64,000 nucleotides of DNA from Chiloscyllium plagiosum (taxonomy: Eukaryota), in contig NC_057719.1 of the NCBI RefSeq assembly GCF_004010195.1, positions 26,936,418-27,000,417 on the forward strand, written 5' to 3'. Shown in pieces: positions 21,291-33,988 of the stretch (within the stretch, counting starts at the first letter, position 1; each line of letters starts with the position of its first letter). A program made the translations under genes and the position numbers. Under the pieces are notes generated by a model. The model was not told the DNA's origin, searched no databases, and saw nothing but the letters and a program-made list of their open reading frames with translations.

Positions 21291-24200
21291 TTGTTAATTT
21301 CTAAGTTATTGGGTTTCCTCATGAATAACCTATATTGCCACATTGCTTTTCCCTATCTTTCATGGTATTAGTCAAGTCTGCACCTCTGGTATCATTCTTA
21401 TAATTCAACACACTTTAGCTAAAACATCTTAAAATATGGAAAAGCAGCAGTCCCAACAGCAAGTTTTGCAGGTCCCCACTTAATCGCAGCATGTTTACCA
21501 TTTATGCAGACTTTGAACCAAATCTGGACAATGGGACAATCATTCTGCACTCATAAGAGTTTCAGTCAGGGCTGGGGGCTAGAAACAAACATTATGCTTG
21601 TTAGGATGGTTGGAGAGGAGCAATCCTTATCATATTATGATAAATTTCCTTGATGGACTGTTGAAATATATATTGTTTGTAACAGAATGTAAGTAGATAG
21701 TGTACAATTATACCAAGAGAATTTCATCACGCTCAATGTTCCATATAATTTGTTTTAAAGAGTATAAAGCCATTGAATCAAATGACACCTCTTGTACTTT
21801 TGGCTCAGTCTGAGTCATGAGTATACATGGTTAAAACACAGGGCTGTGATCTGGATCACAGGGAAGCTTGTCTTAGACTCCTTGATATTGTTACCAGATT
21901 AGTATATCCAAGGCAGTCGAAGTAAATCTCTATAAAGAAGCAGGCAGCTCAGCTAGTGACTGACACCACTGAACATGAATAGATTCCCGACTGCATCTTC
22001 TTAACAGTCCCTCATTGCAACTAACTTGGTTTGTTAATTGACTGGAATTATCACCATGGGAGTATGGTCAATTGTTTCTTTTCTCTTTTAAATAGCACAC
22101 TTTATTTAATATTCTTTAATGTCACAATTTTATCAAAAGAATTTGTGAGCATTTGCATGAGACTGGTTGTAGAAAAGTTTTGGGTTTCTTGAGAATAAGT
22201 CATACTCAAGCTATAATCCCTCGGATCTCAATCAGGGATGCATAATTCATCATTACGGTATTATAAAGAAAAATACATTGTAAAGTAGTATACTGTTCAG
22301 TTGTCTTGTTAATATGAAAAAATAATTAATTCAGTTTTTTGTTCTTGTCATGATGTATTGAAGGCGAACTCTGAAATTCAAATTCCTCTCCTTCACCCAG
22401 ATAGTATTAGCTACTTCCTTCTTATCTCGGCTTGTTGTCATTTTGCAAATTTTTTGTACAAATTCTAATTATACATGCTGCCACTGACCTGTCAATCAGA
22501 CCTATTTAACTAATATTTCCCTCCATTTTTAGTCTAGCCCTCTCTGGCCTTATCTGTCTGCAGCCTGCATGTCATCCTCAAATCCGTTTTCCAAACATTT
22601 ATATTTTTAACGCTATTCTCTCCACTTTTCCTTCACTTTGGACCCTCAGACCATATGGATCTATGACCATTGTTCTTCACATGCTTTCCCACCTTGACCA
22701 ACGCCAGAAAGTCAGCATTTTATCTCACACAGTCTAGATTAGAGTGGTGCTGGAAAAGCACAGCAGGTCAGGCAGTATCCGAGGAGCAGGAAAATCGATG
22801 TTTCGGGTAAAAGCCCCTCATCAGGAATTGCTAATGCTCTCCATTCATTATCCTGTTGTTTTAAAAGATGTTTGTCCTTGTTCTGTGCTTTCTCACAACC
22901 TAGCTGTGGCTTATTTAGATTCAGCAACTTTTTTTTTACTTTATGACTTTTTTGTTAATTTGTTGCATCCTATGGCAATGTTCTTGACTGTTAATTGAGC
23001 CTTTACCTCAACTTTACAGAAAAAAGACTTTCGTTTATCCATTTCTTTCTAATTCTGCATAACTGAGCACAATACAATTGATAATGTCCTTCCTCTTGCC
23101 CTAGAAGTTACCCCAGTTTCAGATGAATCAACAATTATTGTCCCTGTGTCAGCCCTTAGATGAATGTTGACTGGAGAAACTGGGTGTGAAGTGCTGTGTA
23201 TAATGAATGGTTAATTCAATTCTACCAATTCAGTGCTACTGTCCAGGATGAATTTTGACCCCAATTTGTTTTGTCTTCGCTTTGCAGCTTAGTTCTTCAT
23301 GTGGCACTCGTAATATTTCAGAGAATGTTAATGCTTGGTCATTCCCTTGAACTTGCACTGTAGCTGCTTGAAGTTACTATGAATGTCTGTCAAGCTAGGC
23401 ATAATTATTTTGGTTTTTAATGTGAACCATGATTACAGATTCCTTCTTGCACCCCATTATTGGATGATTTGGTCATTAATTGAAATCTGTCAGCCTTGCG
23501 CCTCGGTAGCACCATAGCTAAAACCAATAAAGCTGACTGTTCTTACATTAGTATTTGCATGCCTTCATGTTTATACATTTAAGGATCAAATCTCAGGAAG
23601 AAGGCAGAGGATTGGCACGAGGTGAATGTGCTCATTCTGTAAGCTAGTGCAGATACTGATGCAGTGAATGGCTTTCTTCTGTGCTGTAATAATTCTGTGA
23701 TAACAAATCTTTATCTTCGACTAACAAGTGGCAAGCAGAAGTTGCATCACATAGTAGCCAATAATGAGCATCTCCAATGAAAGACAATCCAACTACCTCT
23801 TCTTTATGGTCAATGGCATTACTATCACTGAATTCCCCACAGTTAATTTCCTAGAGATTACCACTGACCAGATATTTCCTTGGACCAGCCACATTCAAAC
23901 TGGCCACAGGAGCAGGTGGGGGTTGCGAATTCTGCAGCAGGTACCTCACTCCTGATTTCCCAAAGTCTGGTCATCATTTACAAGGCAGAAGTCAGGACTC
24001 GAATGGAATATTTCTCACAAAGTTGCATCACCACTCCAGAAGTTCCCACATAGGCCAAGTAAAAGTCAACCCCTTTAAGTTGTCACGTGTCTGAGCAAAA
24101 ACACTGAAAGGAATTGCTTACCTAAATAGATAAGTTATGCAGAATAAAAGAGTAGAGGGAGTGTTTTTCACCAGTCTGTCAGAGGGGACAGCATAGTGGC

Positions 24201-25324
24201 ATTGTTGCTTGGCTAGTTAGTAATCCAGAGACTTAGGTAATTTTGGGGGGCCCTTGATTTAAATCCCAGCACTCCAGATGATGGCATTTGAATTCAATAA
24301 AGTCTGGAATAAAATATCTAATGATGACAATTAAATCAATATCAATCGCTGTAAGAGCCTGGTTCACTAAAGTCCTTTAGGGAAGGAATCTGCCATCCTT
24401 ACCTGGTCTGACCTACATGTGACACTGAACCTAGAGCAATGTGGTTGACCCTTAGCTGTCTCTGAAATGTTGTAACAAATCATTTGGTTGTATGATCTGC
24501 TAACAAGTCTCAAAAAAGGAAAACAAAATTGGACAAACCACCTGCCACTGACGCAGACACCATGCAATGACGACAGTGAGCTCAGCTCTGTTAACCCTTC
24601 ATCATTCTCCTTAGCAACTCTGGGGGCTATCGGCAAAATTGGGAGAACCGTCTCACAGACCAGTGAAGCTGTCATACTCACAAAATCATACCTTACACAA
24701 TGTCCCAGATAAAACCAACAATGCTGATATGTCTTCACCCCTCCTAGATAATGGTCACTGTCCATTAACCATTAACCATCCTGATGATGGTTGTTAATCA
24801 TATTTCACATTTATGAAGACTTCTGGAATGGAGGGGATTGAATTTCAGTGCTGTCTTCCTATCAGGGTCATGACAATGCTGATCCTTGATGCAACTTAAT
24901 TACTTTATCTTGATAACTATACGCATATTAGTAACTGAGCTGGAAGAGGAGATGATTGGCCCTTTTGACCCAATAACACTGATCTCACTTACACAATATC
25001 CATTGGCCTTAGCTAAATTTTTTTTTGCACTGGGTTAAATATGTGGAGCACATGGAAAAAGCTGACCATATTCTTCCCTTTTTGTCTTGACTATGCACTA
25101 AAGTTTTTGAGCCAGAATTAAATGAGGAATTTTCAGAGATCTCTGGGTCAGATTATATAACGTGACACAGTAAAATGTAATCCAGCAGAGATCATGTCTG
25201 CAATACACAAGTCTAACTATTCATTCAGACCAAAATTACTAACTGTTCTATAATGTAGACTAAGTGTGCTGACTTCCCCTTGTGGAATGACATGTTAAGT
25301 GTGTTCATTTTTTTCTGTTGACAG

Positions 25325-25453
25325 GAACTCCAGTTTGGTTCTACATGCAAATTGCGCCCATAAGAAATGAATATGACAAGGTGGTTTTATTTTTATGCAC
25401 TTTCAAAGACATTACAGTATTTAAACAACCCATTGAAGATGAGTCAACAAAAG
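25325..25453 (+). CDS. KCNH5: KCNH5 (EAG2/Kv10.2) internal coding exon, end of PAS/PAC domain
   Basis: Polypyrimidine tract and acag acceptor, then (R)[42 protein letters not shown](G), then donor gtagaa. The exon is 129 nt, phase 1-1. WFYMQIAP matches EAG2 as I recall it, rather than EAG1 (WFFVKIAP). Confidence 0.95.
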
Positions 25454-25735
25454 GTAGAATTTCTTTTCTATGGAGTTTTGATGTATTGGTAATGAAGAAA
25501 TTCTATGTCACTTTCACAAAATATGTTTTGATGGTTTTCAGGATCTAGTATTATATTCTATTCTCTTGCATTCCATAATAATAGAAAAATTACAATGCCT
25601 CCAATACTTTGCATTAAAAGTTGAACAGAACAGTATGGATGAAAGAAAGCTAATTTTGTTTTACTCAATGGATCACTGAAACATCTGAATGTATTGTTTG
25701 CCTTATGTTTCATCCTCATGTTGCTTCCTCCCTTA

Positions 25736-26090
25736 GGGCAACATGGTGGCTCAGTGGTTAGCACTGCTGCCTCACAGCGCCACTGACCCAGGATCAATTC
25801 ACTGCCTCCAGTTTGTGTGGAGTTTGCACATTCTCCCTGTGTCTGTGTGGGTTTCTTTTGGGTGCTTCAGTTTCCTCCCACAGTCCAAAGATGAACAGGC
25901 TAGGCTGATTGGCCATGCTGAATTGTCCTTAGTGTCCAGGATTGTGTGGGCTAGGTGAATTAACCATGGGAAATGCAGGGTTGCGAGGGTAGGGTAGGGT
26001 GGAGGGGCTGGGTCTGTGTGGGATGTTCTTTGGAGGATTAGTGCAGACTTGATGGGCCAGTGGCCTGATTTCACACTAGGAATTCTTAGC
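25736..26090 (+). mobile_element. HE1-type V-SINE, diverged
   Basis: Same head and core as 16534-16856. Confidence 0.85.
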
Positions 26091-27287
26091 ACTAATTTGC
26101 AGCCTTGGATCTTATATGTGTTCTGTTCTGCAGCCTGTGATGTTATTACCTGACTGTTCTAAAAATATTTCACATATTATTACGTTGTTCATTTCCCAAA
26201 CTAATCATCCATAGTAAGATTACCAAATTATCCTCTAAACTAATTTATGGATGATTTTATTGACATTAGATACAAGCCAGTGGATTCATCTACTTCAGTG
26301 TCTTAAGCAGGAGCAATCTAAGTTCTAAAAGTAGAGTCATGATAAAAGTACTTGTTTCAGTTCTCCTTTCTGTGGGGAGTCATTTGCTTCAAAACCAATG
26401 TTTTGTTTCATGTGGTGAGGCTACTGAACAAAATAGTAAAGGGTTACCACAGCGACTTCCTCTGCAAAGGATTATGTTCATTGATGTCTCGTAGGTAAAG
26501 CAGTACTTGGAGGAAAAATGTATTCATACCTGCACTTTCTTACCTAACAGCCACAGTACTCTTTTATAGGTTTGTGAGTCTGTCTCAAGTTGATGTTTGA
26601 CAGATACTTACAATGAAAAGCAACTCACAATTCATATTGACCCGTCTCCGACATCTTATCTTAAAATGAGGTAATTCAAACCTCTGCTGCCTGTGTCCTA
26701 ACTTGCACCAAATGTTATTCACCTATTGCCATCCTGTACTGGCAAACCTACTGTGACTTATGGTTAAGCAGCATCTTGGTTTTGAAAATCCCATCATTAT
26801 TTTCAAATCCTTCTGTGGCAAGGAGTGCAAGCTTTCACCGTCTCCCAGCTTGTAATTCCGATAAGATTGTGGAATGTGAGGAAGATGATTCATTAGGAAT
26901 AAAAGGGGGAACTGTGGATGCTGGCGATCTGAAGCAAGAACAGAAATTTCTGGAGAAACCTAGCAGGTTTGGCAGCACCTGTGGGGACAAAGTAGAATCA
27001 ACGTTTCGAGGCGAGTGACTGTTCAGCAGGAATGTTTACTGCACCACTGGCTTCAGCTTCAGTTGTGCTCAGTCTAATGATGACTGTCATTGTCTGCTTC
27101 ATGGGAACTTCAGCTGTGCGTATGTTATGTTGGGCCACCTCATCTTGCAACAGAGAGGGATGTGTGAATCAATGAGTTATGTTCCGTGTGTTTGGGGTGA
27201 TGTGCCAGCTGCACTTTAACAGTAAGCAATGTGGGCAAACTGAGTGTGAAGCTTAAAGTGATTCTAAGTAAGTAAGGAGAAAAAGAA

Positions 27288-27632
27288 GGTGGCTCAGTGG
27301 TTAGTACTGCTGTCTCACAGTGCCAGGGACCTGGGTTTGAATCCAGCCTCGGGCGACTCTGTATGGAGTTTGCACATTCTCTCCGCGTCTGTGTGGGTGT
27401 CCTCTGGGTGCTCTGGTTTCCTCCCATAATCTACAGATGTGCAGACTAGGTGAATTGGCCATGAGAAATTGCACATAGAATTCAGGGATGTGCAGGTTAG
27501 GTGCATTAGTCAGGGGTAAATATAGGATAGTAGGGTAGGGGAATGGGTCTGGGTGGGTTAATCTTCAGCGGGTCCGTGTGAACTTGTTGGGTTGAAGGGC
27601 CTGTTTCCACACAGTAGGGATTCTATGGATTC
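27288..27632 (+). mobile_element. HE1-type V-SINE
   Basis: Same head, core and tail as 16534-16856. Confidence 0.88.
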
Positions 27633-30364
27633 TGAACCAGTGTTATGAATGTGAATTGTGATTGATTGAGAATGTTGGCTGGAGAGTGAACAGAGGCAGT
27701 GGGGAATTGAACAATGAGTGGGGCTAGGGATGCAGGAAAACCTTAAGTTGTGCTAATCTCCTGGGAATGTGAAATCTTGCCAGAAGCAAGCAGATATCCA
27801 GTGGTGAATGGATGTCACTGGCGAAATGTCAATATCAGTTAACAGGCAGAAGAAAGCATTGGGATCCCCACACCTGTTTTTACAAACTTCTATTCCTGTG
27901 AAACTATTTGATGTGATAATTTATGTCACAAAAACAAGTAGACAAAATTTAAACTATGAGGGGAGGTATGTTTGATCTCTTGAACAAGGCAGGGGTATAG
28001 TGATTTCTGAGGTAGTCTGTTCATTGGGTAATTAGAATGGACCTCACTGAGTCCAACTGAAGACTTATTTGCTGCAGTGCAGTATTGTTTTGTAGAGTAT
28101 TAATCATATTGTACAGCACTTCTTGTTGGCTACATTCTGCAACTTAGAATTAATGGAAGATGGTTAAATATTTACCTCTTGCTGAAAACCTTGATTTGTT
28201 TCTTTACATGCTGTGTCCCTTTTGGTTGAGAAGGGTGCAAAACAGTTGAGTGATCAATTGACTTGTCAGGGACTTGCTTGGTTTTTAGCTTTTGAATAAT
28301 GTTGCAATTTACTGCCATAGAACCAACTGAGGCAACAATGCACATTTATTACAATTTGTGATGTTCTGTGCTGGTCTGCAGATGTAAATATAATGTTAGT
28401 TCTGTGACAGTCGATAAGTTGTTTATTCAAGTCAGATTTCCGTGGTTGTGGATTGGAGTCATTACAGAAGTTCATAATTTAACTACCTCCATTACTTCCA
28501 TGGTGGAACTTGTCAGATGGTTTCCTAATGGAGGCTAGGACACACAAAGTAACTGCCTGAGCAAAGTTGATGGATCTATGTTGGATTTATACCCACTCTC
28601 TGACAGATGTCTAACTGTGAACGAATGGTGAAAATATAGCTCTGACAACAGAATCACAGGAAGACAAAGTGATCACATGGAAACAAAGTGGGTGACAAGT
28701 GTGCCAATTGCAGTAGCAGTTATAAATTCGAAAATATGTAAGACTGAGCATTTCCCATCTATTTAAAGCACACCAAACAATTTCCACTTCTTTAATCATA
28801 TTATTAATACACTGATTTTCTTTTTAAAAGAGCAAGTAAACTATCCCACTTTTCACACTTAAGTGCATACCAACAAAGTACTATTATTTTTGTTTGAAAA
28901 GGTGTTCAAGTCTTGTTTCTTTTCACACTTTGGAAATCTATACCTTTCATCATTGTATTCTTGTGTTCTGTGCCAAAAGGCACAATTGATCCTCAGCATG
29001 GATATCTCCACAAGGAAGCAGGTTGTGAATCCAAACCAGCTGGAATGGCGGTTAAACTTCATTTGCCATTGGCATGTGTTGGATGGATTTGGTAGTTGGT
29101 ACTCAGTCTAGTTGGCTATGTTATTAACTCAGCTTCCTTGGCCTGGTGCTTTTGGCTCAGAGACAGGTAGAAGATCTCCTTTGTCTTACATGCAATACAA
29201 GACCTCCTATATCTTTCATACTTAGAAATGTTTCCATGAACACTGCACCAAAATATCAACCTAAATGAATGTACTCAAGCCCATGATTCAATAATGCTCA
29301 AACGTGGAGGTGAGATCAAGGCAGCTGGACACTTGATGGGATTTTGGAGTTGGGGTGGGAGTGGGGTGTGTGTGTGTGTGAATTTTAACCGAAGCAGCTC
29401 AATTGTATCAGGGACAGGTTGAGTTGGATGTCCATTTCCTATCACACTGTCACATTCAGGTTCTCACACCATCAAAATAAATCAAGCATAAATTCAACGA
29501 GGGCATAAAACATTCTTCTGACCTGAACCTAACCCATTGTCTCTGAGGTGATTGGTTATATATTAGCAATATAGAACTGTTGTATTTTTAATGAAGAAAG
29601 AGAAATTGCCTTTAAGTAGGTCTGAACAGCTGATTTATCTGTAAACATTACAACGTTAGTTTTTACACATGCTCCTTTAATAATACATATTAGTTATGTT
29701 TTAAGCTCATTGTAAAATACAGGAGAAGGCCAACTTGTCATAACAAATGCACATTGACTGATGAACTCATGGAAACTGTGAGGGATTGTATTATAAATCT
29801 ATGAATTTTGAGTAGGCTGTGCTGTAATCCATTTCCAGCATTCTGTGAGAATGTAACCTTTACAGAATGCTGAGTTCCAATGGTCAGATGGCAGCATTCA
29901 ATTCTGCACTCATAGGGGAGGTGCTCATTACAAGATCACGGAAAAGAGGTCTGGAGACACAGTTTAGTTGGAGTTTAGGATTGGACCTGCTGATGTTTGG
30001 TAGTTCTGCTGGAAAGAAGTTAAGAGCTTAAACTTAAGGTGTATCGTCAGGCCTCAGGAAAATGTCCTGGAGAACTGAGGGAGTGGGAAAGTCATTGTCT
30101 CTGTTGGAAGAAGCTGTGAGGAGTTCAGAATAACCATGCAAGCATTAATTCTTCAGTGCAGTGAGAGAGTGGAGATCAAAAAACCCACAGCAGTATTTAG
30201 TTCATACAACTGAACACAATTAGAACTTGGGGAAAATCCAGGGACATATCTAGCAAGGTGGAGAAAGGAAGTTGACAAGAAATTTGGAGTTGTGCTGGTG
30301 AATACATAATGGAGTGCAGTTCTAGAGTCAACCCACCATAGGAAGGTGATCAATGTGGGCAGAA

Positions 30365-31880
30365 GCACAAAATTGTTACAGAGCAGAAGGAGACCATTCA
30401 GTCCATTAAATCTGCACCAGCTCTTTGAGCATTTTGACATAGTGCCAAACCCATCCCTTTTCCACCGGAATACTGCAAACTGCTTCCATTGAAATAACTA
30501 TCCACGGCCATCTTGAAAGCTTCAACTGAATCTGCTTTCATCACACTTCTACTTACAAACCTAAGCCACTTGCTGGAAAGAAAAAAACATCTCACCTTCC
30601 ATTTGCTTCTTTTGCAAAACATTTTAAAACTGCACCCTTTGGTTCTCAATCCTTTTAAGACAAAAGATCATAAGATATAGGAGTGGAAGTAAGGCCATTC
30701 GGCCCATCGAGTCCACTCCACCATTCAATCATGGCTGATGGGCATTTCAACTCCACTTACCCGCATTATCCCCGTAGCCCTTAATTCCTTGTGACATCAA
30801 GAATTTATCAATCTCTGCCGTGAAGACATTTAGCGTCCCGGGCTCCACTGCACTCCGTGGCAATGAATTCCACAGGCCCACCACTCTCTGGCTGAAGAAA
30901 TATCTCCGCATTTCTGTTTTGAATTTACCCCCTCTAATTCTAAGGCTGTGCCCACGGGTCGTAGTCTCCTCGCCTAACGGAAACAATTTCCTAGCGTCCA
31001 CCCTTTCCAAGCCATGTATTATCTTGTAAGTTTCTATTAGATCTCCCCTTAATCTTCTAAACTCCAATGAATACAATCCCAGGATCCTCAGCCTGCATGT
31101 TTACCCTTAGAGAATCCTCGACTAGCACTCCCAGATCCCTTTGTACTTTGGCTTTAAGAATTTTCTCACCATTTAGAAAGTAGTCCATGCTTGTATTCTT
31201 TTTTCCAAAGTGCAAGACCTCGCATTTGCTCACATTGAATTCCATCAGCCATTTCCTGGACTACTCTCCCAAACTGTCTAGATCCTTCTGCAGCCTCCCC
31301 ACTTCCTCAGTACTACCTGCCTGTCCACCTAACTTTGTATGATCGGCAAACTTCGCTAGAATGTCCCCAGTCCCTTCATCCAGATCATTAATATATAACG
31401 TGAACAGCTGTGGCCCCAACACTGAACCCTATGGGACACCTCTTGTCACCGGCTGCCATTCCGAAAAAGAACCTTTTATCCCAACCCTCTGCCTTCTGTC
31501 AGACAGCCAATCCTCAATCCATGCCAGTAGCTCACCTTGAACACCATGGGCCCTCACCTTGCTCAGCAGCCTCCCGTATGGCACCTTATCAAAGGCCTTT
31601 TGGAAGTCTAGATAGACCACATACACTGGGTTTCCCTGGTCTAACCTATTTATCACCTCTTCAAAGAATTTCAACAGGTTTGTCAGGCACGACCTCCCCT
31701 TACTAAATCCATGTTGACTTGTTCTTCCCCTGGTCTTCCAAGAATTTAGAAACCTCATCCTTTTATGGGCAGGAACATTTACTTTCCCTATCTATTCTGT
31801 CCAGAGCCCTCACGATATTGAAAATGTCTGTCGATCTTCCCTCACCATTCTCCTCTGCAAGGAAAACAATCCAGGCTTCT
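30365..31880 (-). mobile_element. Nested CR1 LINE fragments: a younger copy at about 30666-31760 inside an older one
   Basis: Peptides SQHGFSKGRSCLTNLLKFFEEV, YLDFQKAFDKVP and MYSLEFRRLRGDLIETYKI. The tail repeat aagatcataagat is at about 30664. Confidence 0.9.
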
Positions 31881-32887
31881 CCAACCTGTCTTCATAATTG
31901 AGATTTCTCACTCCTGGAGTCTTGACATTGAGGCAGTTAATAATGGAATGGCTCTTCAGGGAGTGGATCGGTGAAAGTGAAGAATTGTTGTCGTTGTGAA
32001 GTTTAATGAAACTTGGTGAACCACTGGATCATTAATGTTTGGATAGAGTTATTGGGAAATCTGTTGGGATTGTACTATTGATTACTTGTTTGTATTTACT
32101 AATTGATGTGTGCTGTTGGGCGTTCAGTCATGGTAAACCAAATATTTCGCCTATGTTAATTCTGAATGCTCGAGATAAGTTGTACATGTATTGTCGATTA
32201 TATCACTTTTTAAACTTGTGTAGTAAAGTCTTGCTTTTCAAACCCGTGGAATCTTGTGGCTTTATTCTCTTAATAATTTCCTGAGGAGTTCACCTTTAGT
32301 TCAGTTTAAGAATGAAAGGTTCCTGGTAACCACATCATAAAAACAGTGTTGTCGCACCAGCCTGCTCTGGGATTATAAAAAAAACGTAGATGTCAAGAGG
32401 GGAAAACTGGGCTTCCATTGCATCCATGTTTTGGTTGAAAGTTGTGGAAAGAATCAATTTCGAGAGGAATGAGGTCCTGTAGAGAGACTAATGAGCTAGG
32501 AAAGGAAGTAGAAGTTCCAAGGCTCCATTCTCCACTAATTATGCACATTAGGATCTTGGAATCAGGAGGAAAGTATAGTTAAATGCAGTGAGATGATGCA
32601 AGAGGGCGGAGCTGTTAGGATTGGCTGTGGGGGATATATACTGGATAGTCCTCATAGGTTGACCTCAATATGGCTGGGACCATATCCTCACAGGTGGTTT
32701 GCAAGTGCTGTGGTAGGAGGTTTAAACCAATTTGAGGGGTGAGGATCTAGATGTAGCATTTAAAAGAGGAAACCAGGTACACAAATATTCCGAGCGATCT
32801 CCATGCTAATCTTTTCTAATCTCTCTGTCCTGCAGCATTCTGCGGTCTCTCTCTTTTCAAATAATATCCTGCTTTTCTTTTTTTACC

Positions 32888-33988
32888 AAATTGCCATTTG
32901 GATACAGCACTGGCTTGAATGTAGAAGACAGAGGGTCGTGGTCGAGTGTTATTTTTCAGACTGGAGGCCTGTGACCAGTGGAGTGCCACAAAGATCGGTG
33001 CTGGGTCCTCTACTTTTCATCATTTATATAAATGATTTTGTTGTGAGCATAAGAGGTATGGTTAGAAAGTTTGCAGATGACACCAAAATTGGAGGTGTCG
33101 TGCGGAGCGAAGAAGGTTACCTCAGATTATAATGAGATCGTGATCAGATGGGCCAATGGGCTGAGGAGTGGCAGATGGAGTTTAATTTAGATAAATTTGA
33201 GGTGCTGCATTTTGGGAAAGTAAATCTTAGCAGAACTTATATACTTAATAGTAAGGTCCTAGGGAGTGTTACTGAACAAAGAGATCTTGGAGTGAAGGTT
33301 CATAGCTCCTTGAAAGTGGAGTCGCAGGTAGATAGGATAGTGAAGAAGGCATTTGGTATGCTGTCCTTTATTGGTCAGAGTATTGAGTACAGGAGTTGGG
33401 AGGTTATGTTGCAGCTGTATAAGACATTGGTATGACCACTTTTGGAATATTGCGTGCAGTTCTGGTCTCCTTCCTATTGGAAGGATGTTGTGAAACTTGA
33501 AAGGGTTCAGAAATGATTTCCAAGGATGTTGCCAGGGTTGGAGGATTTGAGCTATAGGGAGAGGCTGAACAGGCTGGGGCTGTTTTCCCTGGAGCGTCAG
33601 AGGCTGAGGGGTGACCTTATAGAGGTTTATAAAATCATGAGGGGCATGCATAGGATAAATAGACAAAGTATTTTCGCTGGGGTGGGGGAATCCAGAACTA
33701 GAGGACATAGGTTTAGGGTAAGAGGGGAAAGATATAAAAGAGACCGAAGGGGCAACTTTTTCACGCAAAGGGTGGTGCGTGTATGGAATGGGCTGCCAAA
33801 GGAAGTGGTGGAGGCTGGTACGATCGCAACATTTAAAGGCGTCTGGATGGTATCTGAACAGGCAGGATTTAGAGGGATATGGGCCAAGTGCTGGCAAATG
33901 GGAATAGATTAGTTAGGGTTATCTGGTCAACATGGATGAGTTTGACTGAACGGTCTGTTTCCGCGTTGTACATCTTTATGACTCTATG
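32888..33988 (+). mobile_element. CR1/HER1-type LINE, 5'-truncated
   Basis: SGVPQRSVLGPLLF, KFADDTKIGG and RLRGDLIEVYKI; tail tttatgactctatga. Confidence 0.93.

Noticed and set aside
29710..32340. Possible LTR-like element split by the CR1 insertions
   Set aside because: I could not define termini or a TSD.
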